This document shows, piece by piece, positions 61,552-64,000 of a stretch of 64,000 bases of DNA. This stretch comes from Hamiltosporidium tvaerminnensis FI-OER-3-3. Lineage: Eukaryota > Fungi > Microsporidia. The notes under the pieces were generated by a model. It saw only the letters and a list, made by a program, of their open reading frames with translations. It searched no databases and was not told the DNA's origin. The position numbers were made by a program, and so were the translations under genes. The DNA is taken from contig CM061255.1 of the NCBI GenBank assembly GCA_022605425.2, positions 62,001-126,000 of the forward strand, read 5' to 3'. The first letter of the stretch is position 1, and each line of letters begins with the position of its first letter.

Positions 61552-63762
61552 CTACCCTTTACCTATATACTTCTCTTTAATCTCTTCATAGACTTTCCTT
61601 ACATAAAACACTTTATCTTTTTCTAACTTACTTACTAAACTAAGACCCTTTATTCCCATAGTCTCTATAACCTTTAACATTAGAATAACCCTATATCTCC
61701 AATCATTACTGTTATTTAACATATTCTCAATAATTATTACTTTAAATTCTTCTTCATAGTAATTTAACACCTCCATCATACAACCTATAAAATTCTTTCT
61801 TATATTATCATTACTAACACTTACATCTGTTATTATTCTTTTTAAAGATAAAGAGGTACATTCAAAGACACTTAAACCACTTAATAACTCTGAAATTAAA
61901 TAAGGATAATTAGTACTATTGTTTAAAGGGGTGTTAATATCAATAGAGGGGGTGTTATTACTACTACTGTTGTTTAATAGGGTGTTACTATTGCCTAACA
62001 GGTTGCTATTACTGTCTAACAGTGTGTTATTACTACTGTTATCTAACAGGTTATTACTACTACTGTCTAACAGGGTGTTAATACTATTGTCTAACAGGGT
62101 GTTATCATTACTGTTGTCTAACAGGTTATTACTACTACTGTCTAACAGGGTGTTATTACTACTGTTGTCTAATAACCTATTATCATTACTACTAGTACCT
62201 GTGTTATATGTCTCATCATTAAAGGGTGTTATATTACCTAATATATCATTACTATTATAACACCCTTTATTATCTTCTCCTTCTATAACAGTAATATCAT
62301 CTACCTTTAATTCATTTAACCCTTTATCTTTAGATTTATTTCCTAAAGCCTCTTTAATAGAGGGTAATGAACAAAGGGTGTTAATAATAGGAACAGTAGA
62401 GGTATTATTAAAAGTGTTATCACCAAAGGGTATTTCCTCAGTAGTGTTATTAAAGGGTATTTCCTCAGTAGTGTTATTATTAAAGGGTACTTCCTTATCA
62501 CTAAAGGGTACTTCCTTATTAACACCCTCTATTTCCTTTATAACCTCTTCATCCTTATTAACACCCTCTAATCCCTTTATACCCTCTAATTCCTTTATAC
62601 CCTCTTCATCCTTATTAACACCCTCTAATCCCTTTATACCCTCTTCTTCCTTATTAACACCCTCTAATCCCTTTATACCCTCGTCATCCTTATTAACACC
62701 CTCTATTTCCATTATACCCTCTTCTTCCTTATTAACACCCTCTTCATCCTTATTAACTCCCTCTAATTCCTTATTAACACCCCCCTCTCCTATATCACTA
62801 TACTTACTTTCCTTCCCTTTAAATTTACTGTTATTTTCACTTTCCTTAATAACACGTACAACATTAACAAGCCATTTACATAAAACACTTCTTATTTTAT
62901 CACCCCACATCCAATACATACAAACATAAAGCATAACCATTTCTTTTATATTATAATACTTTATAAAGTAACCATAACACCCTGCTAATGGTATACATTC
63001 ATTTACAGATGAACTTGGTGAATTAAGAAGATTAACAGTTGTTTTTACATAATTTATAAGTAAATTAACAGGTATATCTATAGAGGGTGTTATTATACTG
63101 TAAATACTTTTTAAGTATTCTTTAGAAATATAACTAGTAACAGGGTGATAGGTAGTAAGGGGGTGATAATTATTAGGTGTGTTAGTAAGAGGGTGTTGGT
63201 TGGATGGTGTGTTAATAAGGGGGTGATAATTATTAGTACTGTTGTTATCACCCTGTTGTTTAGTAGTACTATGACTAACACCCTCTAATACACTATCCTT
63301 ATCACTAACACCCTCCATCATATCCCTACTATTGCTAACACCCTCTAATACACTATCCTTGTCATTAACACCCTCTAATACACTACTACTGTTACTAACA
63401 CCCTCTAATACAGTATCCTTATCACTAACACCCTCTAATACACTACTACTGTTATTAACACCCTCTAATACACTATCCTTGTTATTAACACCCTCTAATA
63501 CACTACTACTGTTATTAACACCCTCCAATCTACTACTATCATTATCACCCCCTAATATACCCTTGTTATTAATACACCTATTCCATATAGATTTATAAAC
63601 ATAAAGACATATTTCAATATCAGATTCTATAAGACTATTAACACCCTTTAATACCTCTTTACAATATATTCTATCTAAATATTTAGCACATATTATCTTA
63701 TTAGAGGTGTTAGCATTACAATAATTATTATATATATTATAAAGGGTGTTATCCTTAAACAT
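61552..63762 (-). CDS. Repeat-expanded protein with HEAT-like C-terminus (weak PP2A-A/PP4R1-like motifs); probably the 3' part of a longer gene
   Basis: 736-aa ORF. Helical segments end ...NDWRYRVILM...LVSKLEKDKVFYVRKV, which are HEAT-type WRxR and LxxDxVxxVR motifs. They are interrupted by (LEGVNNSSSV)n, (HPLTNTP)n, (EGVNKEE)n and (NTLLDSS)n arrays. The frame stays open upstream to 63864. Confidence 0.75.
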   Translation of the reverse strand: MFKDNTLYNIYNNYCNANTSNKIICAKYLDRIYCKEVLKGVNSLIESDIEICLYVYKSIWNRCINNKGILGGDNDSSRLEGVNNSSSVLEGVNNKDSVLEGVNNSSSVLEGVSDKDTVLEGVSNSSSVLEGVNDKDSVLEGVSNSRDMMEGVSDKDSVLEGVSHSTTKQQGDNNSTNNYHPLINTPSNQHPLTNTPNNYHPLTTYHPVTSYISKEYLKSIYSIITPSIDIPVNLLINYVKTTVNLLNSPSSSVNECIPLAGCYGYFIKYYNIKEMVMLYVCMYWMWGDKIRSVLCKWLVNVVRVIKESENNSKFKGKESKYSDIGEGGVNKELEGVNKDEEGVNKEEEGIMEIEGVNKDDEGIKGLEGVNKEEEGIKGLEGVNKDEEGIKELEGIKGLEGVNKDEEVIKEIEGVNKEVPFSDKEVPFNNNTTEEIPFNNTTEEIPFGDNTFNNTSTVPIINTLCSLPSIKEALGNKSKDKGLNELKVDDITVIEGEDNKGCYNSNDILGNITPFNDETYNTGTSSNDNRLLDNSSNNTLLDSSSNNLLDNSNDNTLLDNSINTLLDSSSNNLLDNSSNNTLLDSNSNLLGNSNTLLNNSSSNNTPSIDINTPLNNSTNYPYLISELLSGLSVFECTSLSLKRIITDVSVSNDNIRKNFIGCMMEVLNYYEEEFKVIIIENMLNNSNDWRYRVILMLKVIETMGIKGLSLVSKLEKDKVFYVRKVYEEIKEKYIGKG
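63273..63535 (-). repeat. 30-bp coding minisatellite (LEGVNNSSSV / LEGVSDKDSV alternating)
   Basis: About nine in-frame units of TTAGAGGGTGTTA(A/G)T..., alternating between two variants. Confidence 0.85.
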
Positions 63763-64000
63763 AGATAGATAAGTTGTTATTTTATCTAAGAGTTGTCTAA
63801 CACATGTTAAGTTATTAGCAATATTAGTATTATTGTTGTTATGAGTATTAATAAGGTTGTATGGTTAGTATGATTGTTATTATAACCACCATCATTATCA
63901 TTATTATAACCATTATCCTTACTATTGTCAACACCCTTATTATTGTTATCTCTTGGATTACCGTTAGAATCTATATCTACTGTGTTATATTCTAAATCTA

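Noticed and set aside
61919-63598. Leu-rich plus-strand ORFs (61919..62260, 62378..62929, 63332..63598) and nested ORFs within 4631..6472
   Set aside because: Antisense or alternative-frame shadows of in-frame repeats and biased codons in the real genes.

Overview
Very AT-rich, gene-poor eukaryotic DNA, most consistent with a large-genome microsporidian. The (L)EGVNN-type coding minisatellites suggest Hamiltosporidium, but the genus is my inference. Protein genes occur only at the ends. On the left are DMC1 (minus strand, running off the edge and missing from the ORF track), a membrane protein and a RING+BRCT BRCA1/BARD1-like gene. On the right is a repeat-stuffed HEAT-like gene that probably continues past the edge across a frameshift. 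Between them is about 55 kb with no credible protein gene, populated by non-LTR retroposons. (i) Six copies of a ~730-bp non-coding, highly structured element (family L), two with perfect target-site duplications (TSDs). (ii) Four copies of a ~225-bp element (family S) that shares L's 5' head but has a different body and a (TAAG)n tail. (iii) Three ~235-bp bipartite RTE derivatives (family R), all with TSDs. (iv) One full-length decayed RTE LINE whose 5' end is a twister ribozyme, with the predicted cleavage site exactly at the element/TSD boundary. An R4/Dong-type endonuclease remnant lies near DMC1. The best candidate for an undescribed system is this set of retroposons with interchangeable structured 5' RNA modules: one recognisable twister and two unassigned motifs.
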